From contig CAVNZM010000002.1 of assembly GCA_963693365.1 (NCBI GenBank), positions 2,558,259 through 2,622,258 on the forward strand: DNA of 64,000 nucleotides, written 5' to 3'. Position numbers and translations under genes: made by a program. The notes beneath the pieces are model-generated. The model made no database searches, had not been told where the DNA came from, and saw only the letters and a program-made list of their open reading frames with translations. This document shows, piece by piece, positions 1-59,530 of this stretch (position 1 is the stretch's first letter; each line of letters opens with the position of its first letter). Source of the DNA: Amoebidium appalachense. Taxonomy: Eukaryota; Protista; Ichthyosporea.

Positions 1-28753
<28,753 letters not shown>

Positions 28754-29690
28754 CTGTAGATCATCGATTTAGTTCCCGCAAGTGCAAAATGACACACATG
28801 CCAGTGTGCGCTGCCACATCCAATGTATTTCCTTTTCAGAGAGTCTATGGTGGCCTTTTTGTTCGCAAAATCCAGCTCACACCGCTCTGAGAACGTGGTT
28901 GATTGCATAAAAATCGTTCCTAAAATAAATGCAGCAATGTTCCCTTACCATTTTTCCAGCTTCGTCTTGTCTTCACCACAGTAGGAAGGAGTGCACCTCA
29001 TGCGAGGGCTGCTGTGTGGTTGGAGTCTTTCCTAATGACGGAAGGTCTTTTTCCCCCAAATCAAAAATGATGTTGTCCTTTGCTGAACCTGAAGAGACCC
29101 GCCCTTATTTCCTTATCCAGACAATCCAACAGCAATTGTTCGCAAATGTTCTCTAACCCAGACTAACTAACTACATACACCTAACATTTCCCTCGCTTTT
29201 TCCTGGCCTCTTCTGCCTTGGGTTGGGGCTGGCCGGGGCTCAGCTGTCACGTAATCCTTGCCTGACAAGTTACCCTTTTCCCGCCAAAACCTCTCAAGTT
29301 TGCTTTGTGGCTCAGGGGCAGCATGATGACGTCAGCAGCGCTTTCTGAGTGGTCCAATAAACGAAGTTGTCATGATATGACAGATCATTAGTCTTTCAAT
29401 AGCTGACGTCATAGTCTATTCTCTTGGTAAAACCAAGCCTGTCAGTTGGCCAAGCATGTTACATTGAAGATACGTTTGTAGACTAGCCTGTGTAGGATTG
29501 AATGGTCCATTCAAGTTGTGCCTTGACCACCGTGACTATGCTACACAAGGGTAGCTAAATTAGAGTAAATTTCGGGGGAAGATGTTAAAAGCCTCAGGAG
29601 TGTGGTATTTTCCAACTCTCATGTGTTGAAAGAGAATAACCGGGAGGCTGGGTTTATTTTACATTTGACACGCGAAGAAGGATCTGAAAG
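28754..29690. promoter_or_regulatory. Bidirectional promoter region between Cabin1 and the orphan gene
   Basis: Head-to-head ATGs about 940 bp apart and no microsatellites. E2F-type TTTCCCGCCAAA at about 29277-29288, two CRE palindromes TGACGTCA at 29327-29334 and 29404-29411, CCAAT near 29354. Confidence 0.6.
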
Positions 29691-32600
29691 ATGTCGGACA
29701 TGAAGATGGCTGATGAGATCCCAAAGGCAGCAGCCCCACCGCCACCAAAATCCCAAAGCGAAAAGAGTGCGAAGCACAATCGCGTAAGGAGGAACAAAAA
29801 CAAGCGTAAAACCACTCCACAAAACACACCACAGTCACGCCTTCAGGGCACAGCACAGGTCTTGCCGGCCGACGATGAGCCCATCCCCCAGGCCCCAGGC
29901 GCAGCTGTGAGTACCAAGCTTCAAGATTTGCCCCCACTTTCAGCCCCAGAACAGCCAGAACCTAAAGTTGACGACTGGGAAACAAAGGCTGCAGTGCAAC
30001 CGTGTCCAGATCCGTCATTCGATGTTCAAGTAGAGAACTCTAAACCACCAATCAGCATCGCTGCAGCTCACCTTAGCAAAACGGAGCTTTTCCCTCAAAC
30101 TACCTTGCTAGAAGAAAGATCACAATCTCAAACACAAACACTAGCCCAACCTTCTCCACCACCTAAATCAAGGGGTCGCGCAGGTAGTAGCAATAGCGCA
30201 CCGGAACCCGGTTTTTCGGATCAGCAACCACCAGAGGTGGCACAACATGCAGATTTAGAGAGGGAGCCATCACTTATTGAAGATCCAGACACCCCATCAT
30301 CGAGTGATTTTGAAAGTGAGGCTGTTAGCCATACAGACGTTTTAGGATTCGAAGTTAGCCATGGCGACTGCCAACCGCCAAGGCAACGAGCACCCGAACC
30401 ACCGTCATCCACGATGAGTGTACATGCATTACGGGGCCATGCAGTGGATGCTGTGGTGCTAAATTCTATTGAGCTCCTTGATGGTAAGATCTCTTCAGGT
30501 GCCTTCTCGTTGGGTACCGTTTTCATGTTGGCTCCCGACAATTAGCTAACAGGTGTTTTTTCGACGTCCCGCATATATCCTTCCGTGCTCCGTTTTCCCT
30601 CTGCCGTCCCTTATTTCCTCTTTTCGCCACTCTGATATTCCTTCTGAATCAGCCTCTTATTCGAGTCTTCGCTGCACGAATCAAGGCTTTATGCATGTGA
30701 GTGCATGAGTAATAAAAACGTGCTGTAATCTATGTTAACTTTGCGTTTGCTGTGCTTTCGATGCATTTTTTTCTCTCTGATTGTGTTGGTTTTTTTTTTT
30801 TTTTTTTTTTTTTTTGGGGGGGGGGGGGGGGGGGATTACTGCACTGTTCTGTGTGTGGATGAGAGCCACATCAGCAAGTAGCTAGGCGAATTTTGTCTGG
30901 CCTGATGTTGCAGTGCCTTTTTTGTTGGCGCTGTGAATATGATATATATATCATCGTGAATGTAGATCTCTCGAGAGAGACGGATACGGTTAACGACACC
31001 GCTAGCTGTCCGTTTGCTTGGATGACTGGCCTTAACCCTTCAACATTCCTGATTCCAGACTGGCCAAAATCCGAAAGGAACGCATTGCTGGCGGCTTGCG
31101 AGAAGTCATCAGAAGAAAATGCCACTGAGTAAGTATACCACCGACGCATAGTCGTTCATATTTTCTCCGTCGCTCCGACGGTGGGGAGAGGCGGGGAGAG
31201 GGGCGGAGACAGAGGGGGGAGGGGGGGCGGGAGAGAGGGGGGGGGAGGGGGGGAGAGGAGGGGGAGGGTATTAGGAAGAAGTGTGTGTGTGTGGTGGCGT
31301 GTTTGTGTGTTTGTGTGTGTGTATGTGTGAGGGGGGAGGGGGTGGGGGGGAGGGGAGGGGTATGGGAGGAGGGGTGGCATGAAGGTGAGAAGGGGTGGCA
31401 TGGGCAATGAGCTTCGGTCTTTTGGTCCAGTGGGCTTCGGAAGGTCCTGCTGTCTGGGAAAAAGAAACTAGCCTCTCCTTTCTCCCCTGTTACCTCCTCC
31501 TTTTCCCTTCATAGCTGGAAAAGTGAGTATAAGTGAAGCACGAAAAAGACCTGACCCGATTGATATAAATTCATGAACAATGACCTAATTGAAGGGAGAT
31601 GGGGCTGGGGGGGAGGGTGGGATGGGGGGGATAATCTAAGATACCCCATCCCGACCCCTGTGGGTTACTTGAGCGCCCTCTGAAGATGGACCCTGCTGGC
31701 AATACCACCACGATAGTGTTTTTGCATATCATTCTATGGCTTGCCCCGTGCCTTTCATTGCCTGTATGCACACACATCTTTCGTATGTGCTATGTGTCTG
31801 CATACACACATGCATTCACTTGCAAACGTCCACACTACGCACATCTTCCCTTGGTAATGAATACCCCTGCCCCCTTATCTTTCACCTATTGTTGTATCTT
31901 CCTTGTAATGACCTTCAACTCACACAATTCACAGGGTAATTCAGCAAATGGCTGCGATGAGGGTTTTGGATGAGAGCGAAAACTTGCAGAGGCAACTGGA
32001 GGGTGAGCCCCCCTCCCCCCTCCCCCCAATCTCTTTCTTTTTCCCCTCTCTCCTCCTCCCAAAAGCCAGTCCCCGACTCCTATTCGGTTATAAGTCCTGC
32101 CCCCCCCCCCCCCCCCCCCCCCCTTTCCCTTCCTCCCTTTTTCTACTTCCCAGTTTTCCACCCGATGCTGCATCCATGCCCTCCCATCCACTCCCTCCCC
32201 CTCCCCCCTTCCCTCCCCCCCCTTCCCCCACTTTCATGGGCTCTACTTATGGTCCATACTCTTTGTGTGCTTTGGAAAATTTGCATTGTTTTCCGTCGTT
32301 GAAGTCTATTTCATATTCTGTCACGCATTTTAACTTAAACTGCCCCTCCCCCCTGCCGCCCTCCCTCTCCCCCCCCCCCCCTCCTCCCTCCCCCCTCCCG
32401 TCTCCCTGCCCTTTTCCCGGCCTCTAATGCATTCATCCCTTCCCTCCCTCCCCCTCCCTCCTTCCCCCCCCCCCCCCCTCCTCCCCCAATATACAGCCAA
32501 AGAGATGGCAGTGCATGCACAGGCCGACCGTGTGAGCATGCTCGGGCAGGCACTGCAGCAGGTGCTTGCCGGGATGGTGAGCACTGGCCAGCCCGACCTC

Positions 32601-33565
32601 GTGGCTAGGGCCCACGACACGTGGCTGCTGTGGAGGGACTATGTCAATCCACCCGTACCAAAGCATATGAGTGAGGTGTGTGCATGTACGTTGGGTTACT
32701 GGGTCCATGTGCTTGCAGACGGACACCTGCAAGCATATGAGTGAGGTGTGTGCATGTACGTTGGGTTACTGTACACTCATGCTATGCATAACCACATTTT
32801 ATTCATGCACTCCTGTTATTCATACACTCCTGCTATTCATACACTCCTGCTATTCATACACTCCTACTATTCATACACTCATGCATAACCACATTTGATT
32901 CTTGCAGTCATGCTATACACCCAAAAGCACCAATCATTCATGCACGATCACAATTGTTTCATGCATTTCTGTTATTCATACATTCATGTTATACTGTATG
33001 CAATCATATTTTCTTCATGCAGTCGCACTGGGTCCATATGCTTGCAGACGGACACCTGCAAGCATATGAGTGAGGTGTGTGCATGTACGTTGGGTTGCTG
33101 GGTCCATATGCTTGCAGACGGACACCTGCAAGCATATGAGTGAGGTGTGTGCATGTACGTTGGGTTACTGGGTCCATATGCTTGCAGACGGACACCTGCA
33201 AGCATATGAGTGAGGTGTGTGCATGTACGTTGGGTTACTGGGTCCATATGCTTGCAGACGGACACCTGCAAGCATATGAGTGAGGTGTGTGCATGTACGT
33301 TGGGTTACTGGGTCCATATGCTTGCAGACGGACACCTGCATAACGAGTTTGCACACCCTTGGCGACGAAGACTTAGATGCGACATGAACATGCGCTCAGA
33401 CAAACACCATGACACGTGTGTAAACCATGTTGCATACGCATGAGCACATGCCCCCACACAGGCACGCACACTGATCTGCGCGCATGCACATACACACCAC
33501 ATTCACTCACTCACTCACTCACACTCACACACACATACACGATACAGACAGATGGGGGGGGGGGT

Positions 33566-33618
<53 letters not shown>

Positions 33619-33815
33619 AAAGAAAGAGAGAGAGAAAGTTGAGATACGACTTGCGCTTCTCGTCTTCACAAAACGCTTCTAGCTAACAAAGCTCAACAGT
33701 ATAAATCGATAGTAGGTAGAACCAGAGCTCAGAATTCCTCATCAGCACTTGCACATATGTAATTACTAAGCACGGGGGCGCGCGCAAGCGGGGGCGCAGG
33801 CGGGCAGGTCGGGCC

Positions 33816-33852
<37 letters not shown>

Positions 33853-34845
33853 AGAGTGGGCATGTGCATATATGGTTCCAAAATGAACTGACAAGGGTTG
33901 TGGTTGGTGGTTACCGCTGATAATGCAGATGGCAGAGCAGAGCGCACTGGACCAGCAGGGGTTGGACCTGGCCCTGGCCAAGTGGGACCCTGACACCCCT
34001 ATTGGTGTGATGACAGCATACCACCAGGTATGTTTAGTTACCAATTAGCAAAGCAGGGGAGGAGGGAGGGGAGGGGGGGGGGGGTTACTGCATCGCTAGC
34101 AAGTTGTGCATTGTTTGGCTGTAACGTTTTGATATGTATTTACATGGTTGTCAAAGTGAACAACGTCAACTGATGTGGCAAAAAAAATTCGACCATAGGA
34201 GCAGCATTTAGTTGTGTGGAGCTATCTACCTGTATCACGTGTTCATCAAATCTCAGGCAACATGAAAGTGCACTGTAAGCCGAGCGCTAAACCGATCAGA
34301 TAAAAAAAAAAAAAAATGAAAGTGCAATATGCACTGTTCTGATATGATGCAACCACATCTTTCCGGAAGAGTATACAAGCCCATGCTCCAATTTTTATGT
34401 TCTGAGGGGCCTATATTACGTCTTCCCTTAGGTTTCCAATACATTCCGGGTGCTTGGTACTGTGCTTGGTACTGCGGTATTCTTGTCAATCCTGGAATCG
34501 ACCGTGAGCCGTCCGGATCAACGCCGATTTCAGTTAGCGTATGTCCGTCACCAAATTTACCGTATTTTGGCATTTTATCATTATGCTCTTTGCTTAGATG
34601 GTATTATTCGATTGTGATGTTTGACACCGTCATGACCTTGGCCACCAACTACTAAAATAAGATCACGGGTAGTGGTCCCGTGTGCAAACATTGAAACCCC
34701 CCCCCCCCCCAACCCCCCTCCCCCTCCCCCTCCCGCAGCTGTTACAGATGGACTCTTTGCACATGGCGCATGAGAGAGAGAGACTGCTGTCATGGGCCCA
34801 CAACATTCTTATTCAGCTGGTCGAGACAACACTCCTGCTGCTGGT

Positions 34846-34911
<66 letters not shown>

Positions 34912-35341
34912 ACATGCTACACCACCACCACCATCACCGTGACGTGTATGTACGTACCATGCTTTTGGGTTTACGCTTGTGCCACTTTTCCCAGAGATCT
35001 CCCAGGCTATGCATACATAGTTCCCCTCTCCCCTCCCCCCCCCTCTCCCCCCCCCCCTCCCCCCCCCCCTCTCCCCCCCCCTCCCCCCCCCCCCCTCTCC
35101 CCCTTCCCCTCCACACCCCCCCCCCTCCACCCTCTCCCCCCCCCCCCCCCCCCCCCGCCCCCTCCCCCCGGTTGGGTAACGCAAGTTCTTGTGCACCAGA
35201 TGTGCGTTTGCGTTTTCCCTTTGTCATTGTATTTTCTTGTCGGAGGATTGGTAGGAGGGTGGGAAAACCCGACATACACACACACTGTTACATACACAAA
35301 CGTGCATGCACGCACGCACACGGGCACGCGTGCGCGCGCGC

Positions 35342-35375
<34 letters not shown>

Positions 35376-35590
35376 TGCATAGAGGGACAGAGAGAGAATA
35401 TGAAGAATACACAGTCAAGATGTAATAGGCAAACAACATATTTTGGCACACAGTACTAGTTGCACTTACACGAGATTGCACACCACAGGATGCGCTCGCC
35501 AGCATCATCGAAATGGTGAAAGATGCCGGCTACGACCAGGTCTATGAGTGGGTCCCGTCTGATGTCCGCACTTTGCTGTATGCCGCATAA
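29691..35590 (+). CDS. Hypothetical protein, about 499 aa, 7 exons; disordered P/S/Q-rich N-terminus with basic NLS-like patch, helical C-terminus
   Basis: Exons 29691-30483, 30966-31128, 31935-32002, 32497-32675, 33929-34027, 34748-34843, 35489-35590. All are GT-AG with compatible phases (1,2,1,0,0,0), total 1500 nt, ending ...VRTLLYAA-TAA. No family recognised. Confidence 0.8.
32661..33339 (+). repeat. 70-bp minisatellite spanning an exon/intron junction, with internal 13-bp hairpin
   Basis: Unit aagcatatgagtgaggtgtgtgcatgtacgttgggttactgggtccatatgcttgcagacggacacctgc at 32661, 33060, 33130, 33200 and 33270, plus partial copies at 32731 and about 33027. Confidence 0.95.
32800..32885. repeat. 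About 17-bp minisatellite (attcatacactcctgct)x~5
   Basis: Read directly between the two blocks of the 70-bp repeat. Confidence 0.8.
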
Positions 35591-36232
35591 CTCTTTTTTC
35601 ACTGCATTTTTAATATTAGCAACAATGAACTTGATCTTACGGTATATACTCATGAATGTAGACTAGAAATGAAAAATGCTGGCCAAAAACCGGTCCAAGA
35701 TATTTTCCTCACACAGACTGCCTGTTTCCGTTTCAAGTTATCTAAAAAGTTTTCTCTGAGTTGGTACTTGGTGTTTTTTAGATTAACAACTAATTAGGAA
35801 TTGAAAAAGATGATGTGCTTCCTTTAGACGCGCACTGTGATCAATTTCAGCTTGTACATGAAGTTTTTTGTAACGTTGGTACTTGGAGGTACCTTTTTGT
35901 TAAGTTGTTAAACAGATTTTCTCGCAGGCTATGTACCCGCCTGCATACGTTGGTGTTGAATGTGGTGTTGACAGAACTACACGAAAATAGAGAAAAAGAA
36001 AGAACCTCCCCCCTCCCACCCTGCTACTCCCTCCTCTTAGAGCTGGACAACTCATACCTCAGTGTGTCAAGGTGTAGGTTTGTGTGTGTGTGCGCGCGCG
36101 CGAGCGCCCGCACGCGTGTGCACGCGCGTGCGCGTGTGGGGATGTGGGTGTGTTTGTGTAGGCGCTATCTAGGAGGCCTTGATGTAGAGCGAGCAGGAAA
36201 GTGTGGGTGGGTGGGTGGGTGGGTGGGTGGGT

Positions 36233-36264
<32 letters not shown>

Positions 36265-36984
36265 CTGCAAGGTTCTGAGGCACTTGATTGACGGCCTAGG
36301 GCTTTGTCGACGGATATGAATGCGGGTTTCATCTGCAATATATAATGTAATATTCAAACATGGAAAGTCTAAACAGCCATATATGGCAGCACAACACACA
36401 CATTGATTGGACAGCCACGGACTGTCCAAAAACGTAAGGATGTGTTTCTGTACACAATCTGTAACACCCACACCTGGTTATCAACACCTTCTAACATGGA
36501 CAACGAGAACATAGCGACATTTCTACGGTAAACACAGCTGACAGAACTAATTACACTGAAAGAACCTAAACGTTTGTGTTAAGTTCACTAAGGTCTATAA
36601 AAGGAGGTATTTATTGACATAAACGAGGCAAAACCTCCACAACTTGCTCCTATAATACATATTGCCCCATGTGCTAAATATTAGTAACTCTTATCGTCAC
36701 AAGATCATTCATCCATGCCACCTCCCCCACGGTTCGAATTCCCAACGTTTCACATGTGTCTTGTGTATCACAAATAGAACAGGAACAACACACCAGAACT
36801 AAATATACCAGTGTGTACTACAGCAGCACTGCACATACCTGAAAAATCACTCTAAACAAGAAATATGGGATAAACGTACATGACAGAGGGCCGAAGAGGG
36901 GCTTCGGCACAAGGTGTGTCGATTGTGAATTCCCCACATGTCCCTGGAAGGTGTCATGTTTGAAGAAGGGTTGTCCTCGATACC

Positions 36985-46141
<9,157 letters not shown>

Positions 46142-46612
46142 TCTGTGATATGAGAAACATAGTAGTTGAGTATGTTATCGGAAAAGGCATAGTATGAGGG
46201 AGGCGTGTTTTTTGTTTCTGTATGGTTGTGGGTAGGCTCCAACATTCACTCTTGCAGACACACCAAGTCTTATGGAACGTGTAACATTGCCAGGCTAAAG
46301 TAGTCGTACTTGTATCTTTGAATATTTGTGGTGATCTGTTGACCCTCATCTGTGTAGAGTGAATAATCGTAGCTCCCATGACCTCCTGATTCCGGAATTT
46401 AACACGGGATAAAGAGAAGCTATGTACTGTTGTAATACAGAACCAATCTGTTTGCGTGCGTATGCTTGTGACTCCAGGAAAATATGTCCCAGAAGCACCC
46501 GTGCCGTGTTTGCCCACGTTGCGGACATGGGAAGCTATATATATATATATATATATACGCAATCATACAGGTGTGTGTTGTGCAAGTGTAGAAGCACGTG
46601 TGTATGCGTGCA

Positions 46613-46643
<31 letters not shown>

Positions 46644-46691
46644 ACGTGTGTGTGTGTGTGTATATATATGTTGTGTGTGTGTGTGTGTGTG

Positions 46692-46753
<62 letters not shown>

Positions 46754-46839
46754 TGCGTGCGTGCGTGTTTGTGTGTGGGTTCATTGTGTGCATCTGCAGG
46801 GGAATCCCCTGCGTGCCCGTGTGCTCGTGTGCTCGTGTG

Positions 46840-46885
<46 letters not shown>

Positions 46886-46900
46886 TGCGTGTGTGCCCGT

Positions 46901-46931
<31 letters not shown>

Positions 46932-48492
46932 CGTGTGCCTATGTGTTTGGTAGTGTACTTGTAAAATGGTTGTGCTTGGCAAGGATACCCATCGACGTGT
47001 CCATCGTCAAAAGTGGCATTTTGGACAAGGGTTAAAGTTGGGGTATTCGTTTGACGCACTTTAGGGGTTACCCACTGAGCTGGTTATAGAGCAGTGTAGT
47101 CGAGATGAGGTCTATGAGTGTTTCCCATGCAGACTGTGAGTGCGTTACGTATGCCACAGTGTGCAGAATGTCCTAACCTCGATATCACCTATACCCTTTT
47201 TTTTGCGTTAGATAAAGGAGAAACGTATCTTCTCCGTTATAGTGAGTACCCTGCGTCTACTCTATATTCCAGTGACGAAGTCTGTGATCATGACGAAGAT
47301 TGTTTGTTTTGTGCACTGCACAAAGCAAGATCCGAGTTGCGCATGCACACAAGTTACTTGTGTACACGACACGCTATTGTCGAGGGGGGCGGCAAATGTG
47401 GGCTTGCCCACGTAGATTGCAATTATTCCAAGCCTCCTACCTATTGGCTATTCATTCAACTTCTTTGTTTACCAGAAAGGAATTGGCTAAGCTAAACCAA
47501 TAGGCAGATATGAGGTACCAGTCATATCATGCAGACACTTCACCTTTTCTAGGTGGTGCGATAATATTCAATAGAAGGACAGATCTGCACTATCAAGTGC
47601 CAATCAAAAGCGGTAAATCAAACACAAAAACCAATCACATTCAACCTGAGCTAGAGCAAGCGCAGACCAGACCTTCAAGTTCACGCGTACGAGGACTAAC
47701 ACTTTCAGACGTTGCCCTGTCAGCCTGTGCGGACTATCGCACCTTCCGATGTAACGGCCGAAGACTGGTTTTCATAGAAAATCGGATGTAGATTTTTCTG
47801 ATTATTAGCCAATCACTGGAAGAAAAGTGATCAAGGTGGGTAATGAATTTGGATTAACTTATATATAAACCGGCTGTCAAAACTATGAGGCTGTAAACGT
47901 ATTATATATATATATTAGAAGAATTTATAAGAAGAAAATATAAAGATATTATTTTTTTACATACAAGCACAATGCACATGTGCTGAGCTACAAAAAGTTC
48001 ACATAGAACACAATGCATACGGCTCTACCGAAATACCTATAGGCTATAGCCAATCAGAAAACAACCGTGCACGCCGCAGTATTTGTATACGTATATGTAT
48101 ATTACAATTGTTAAGCTTATAAGCGCCACATGCACAGCGTGCATCAGCATATAATATTAAATTTTGTTTTGGGTCTTTTTTGGAGGAGCATCCAGACACA
48201 TTAGACAGTATAAATTCGAATTCTGGGTCCATTCGTGCGTCTTCGTCAGTCCATTGGTGGCTGGCACCCGGCGTCGGCGGCCGGCCGGATATTGCAATTC
48301 TGTATTTGCAATGGCCTCTGTCCGTCTCGCACAATTGAGCACAGAGTTATGTGAAAGCGCATTCCGCATGATCTTGAAAAGCATACAACTGTACAGATAT
48401 GCATGTATTCCCGACGTCTCAGCTTTGCTAAAGAAAACAAAACTCGTACTAGTACTGTGCTTCCGGTAACGATCGATAGGGAATATGACGTT

Positions 48493-48737
48493 AGACACAA
48501 CAGTTGATTTTTAAGGTTATTGAAAGAATTGCAGAGATCTCCGGCCGGCCGGATACGATTAAAAAAGTTTTTGGAACTATCCCAAAACTGCCTAAATATC
48601 CGGATATATCCCATATCCCGAGGGCCCCTAAATATCCTGTGGAGATGCGGGATTTTTTTACATAGGCTTAATCGTATCCGGCCGGCCGGAGATCTCTGCA
48701 ATTCTTTCAATAACCTTAAAAATCAACTGTTGTGTCT
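48493..48737. mobile_element. MITE-like element with perfect 70-bp terminal inverted repeats
   Basis: 48493-48562 is the exact reverse complement of 48668-48737, with a 105-bp spacer. It is flanked by TT on both sides, and TTAA|GG...CC|TTAA lies inside at 48511 and 48716. Confidence 0.75.
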
Positions 48738-49501
48738 TTCTCAGTATGCCGTGCATACTTGCATATCTTTCCGTCGATTAAATCCAGTCAAAAGTGAATA
48801 TCATGCTCCATTCTCATACCACGATCGCTCAAAAAGGGGGGATTTGGGACCGATCGATTTGCGAGCTATAGAGTCTAAGGCCCATAATCGTTCGCGATGC
48901 CGAACCTTGGCCGGCACGCAGACGTCGCAGAGGCCCATATCCATGCATGGCCGACGTGGCCCACTGTGTATTAGCTCTCAGCTCTGAAAAGACAAACGAA
49001 CTATAGCTATAGAAATATGATAGGCAGTGCATGCATGTATACGTATATACGGCAGGTTTGCCTACATCATGTACATGTATGTATCTGTTGCCTCCGAGGC
49101 TCCGAGTTGATGATCATGGTGCATGCATAATTTCACCACGTTACCGGCTTGGATGACGTCGACATCGAAAAGCAACACGTGTAGTACTACTACCTACTTA
49201 AACGGTGCCGCGGCTCATCGAAAAACACGTCCCTTGGAAAACCTTCATATGAAATATCTACGTCACGTAATTGCAAAAGATTGGCGCTTTTTGTACGTCT
49301 TTTCGGCCCCATTAAACTTTTATTAGTTAGTTAGTAGTACATGGCCATGCATGTATGCTCTAAAATATTGTGTTATCTGAACTATCTGGCCCTATCAGTA
49401 TTGAAATCACATGGCACCCAGGCCATCAAATTATTATTAGAGCACAAAGAGGCTCCGCTGATACATGCATTCGCACTAACTAGTGGTGTCACGTTGATAG
49501 C

Positions 49502-49538
<37 letters not shown>

Positions 49539-50579
49539 TTTTTCCCCTCGAACTCCGGCGACCACATTTTTGGGGGGATTCTTGTTGGCGGGCAAGCATC
49601 ATCTGCAGACTTTGAACCACGTGCATGGGCCCGATGGGAAGGGGCTGTGCATGTGGATAAGATTTCTATTATTGAAGATTAAGCGTAGTAGACACAGTTG
49701 CTCACTAATTCATGTATTCGTAGGCTGTTTACTCAAGGCACAAAGACCAGCCTCGGGTATGAGGGGTTTATGCCCGGTATATCCCCACAGCATTATATCA
49801 GGTACATACATGTATATGGACGCTAATAAACAGCACATTCCCCCTATATGGATGTTGGGTGTTGTTTATTATTATGATCACACGTGGTAAATAAAGTTAA
49901 TCAAACAGAATATAGGCATTAATAGCAATTTTTTGACATTGTTATCGGCCCGTTGGGCTCTTCGTTTTCTTTTTTTTAATTACTTCATGTATCTCAATTA
50001 TTGACTCAGTTGCATAAAGGGTTTTTTTTGTGTGTGTGGGGGGGGGGGGGGGGAGGGAGGGGGGGGGGGGGGGGGAGGAGGGAGGGGGAGGGAAGAGAAG
50101 GGTGAAAGCTTTGCGTGTGTAGGGGGAGGGGGGAGGGGGGGGGGGGGGGGGGGGACACATCGCATATCCGACGACAAGCACATTGACTCATTATGCACAC
50201 TGACATGGTTGCTTATTATTCAGCAGTGTGGGCCGCCGCGAATTGGATAATACTCGGGTAGTTGTACAATACAAATAGTTGTTTTGGTGACAACAAAAAA
50301 CTGTTTGTTTGAAATTGCATGACAAGAGAGGCATAGACTAAGCCTGAGAACTAATCGGGTATCGAATACTTAACTGAAGTATGCAGATTCCTATGTTTAC
50401 GCCCTTTCCACCGTTTCGAAAGTAAACTCCCCCCCCCCCTCTCCCTACCCCCCCCCTCCTCCCCCCCCCCCCCCCAAAAAAAAAAAAAAAAAAAAAACGG
50501 AAAAAGAAAAACGCCAGTAGTGCCACTTACGGAATCCAACCCAACCGTGAATTGAGGTGCCCAGCTACTCGTAGGCGGC

Positions 50580-59530
<8,951 letters not shown>

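Noticed and set aside
33027-33339. Palindromic regularly spaced repeats resembling CRISPR
   Set aside because: The intervening sequences are identical rather than unique spacers, there are no cas genes, and the context is a eukaryotic intron.
34253-34655. Overlapping ORFs of about 106-108 aa inside an intron of the orphan gene
   Set aside because: No recognisable domain and no needed splice phase; the flanking exons join directly in frame.
46142-48480. Additional gene in the intergenic region
   Set aside because: Only short ORFs with no coherent exon chain or domain were found.
48246-48987. Two opposite ORFs both starting MKELQRSPAGRIRL
   Set aside because: A by-product of the perfect inverted repeat; no transposase motifs.
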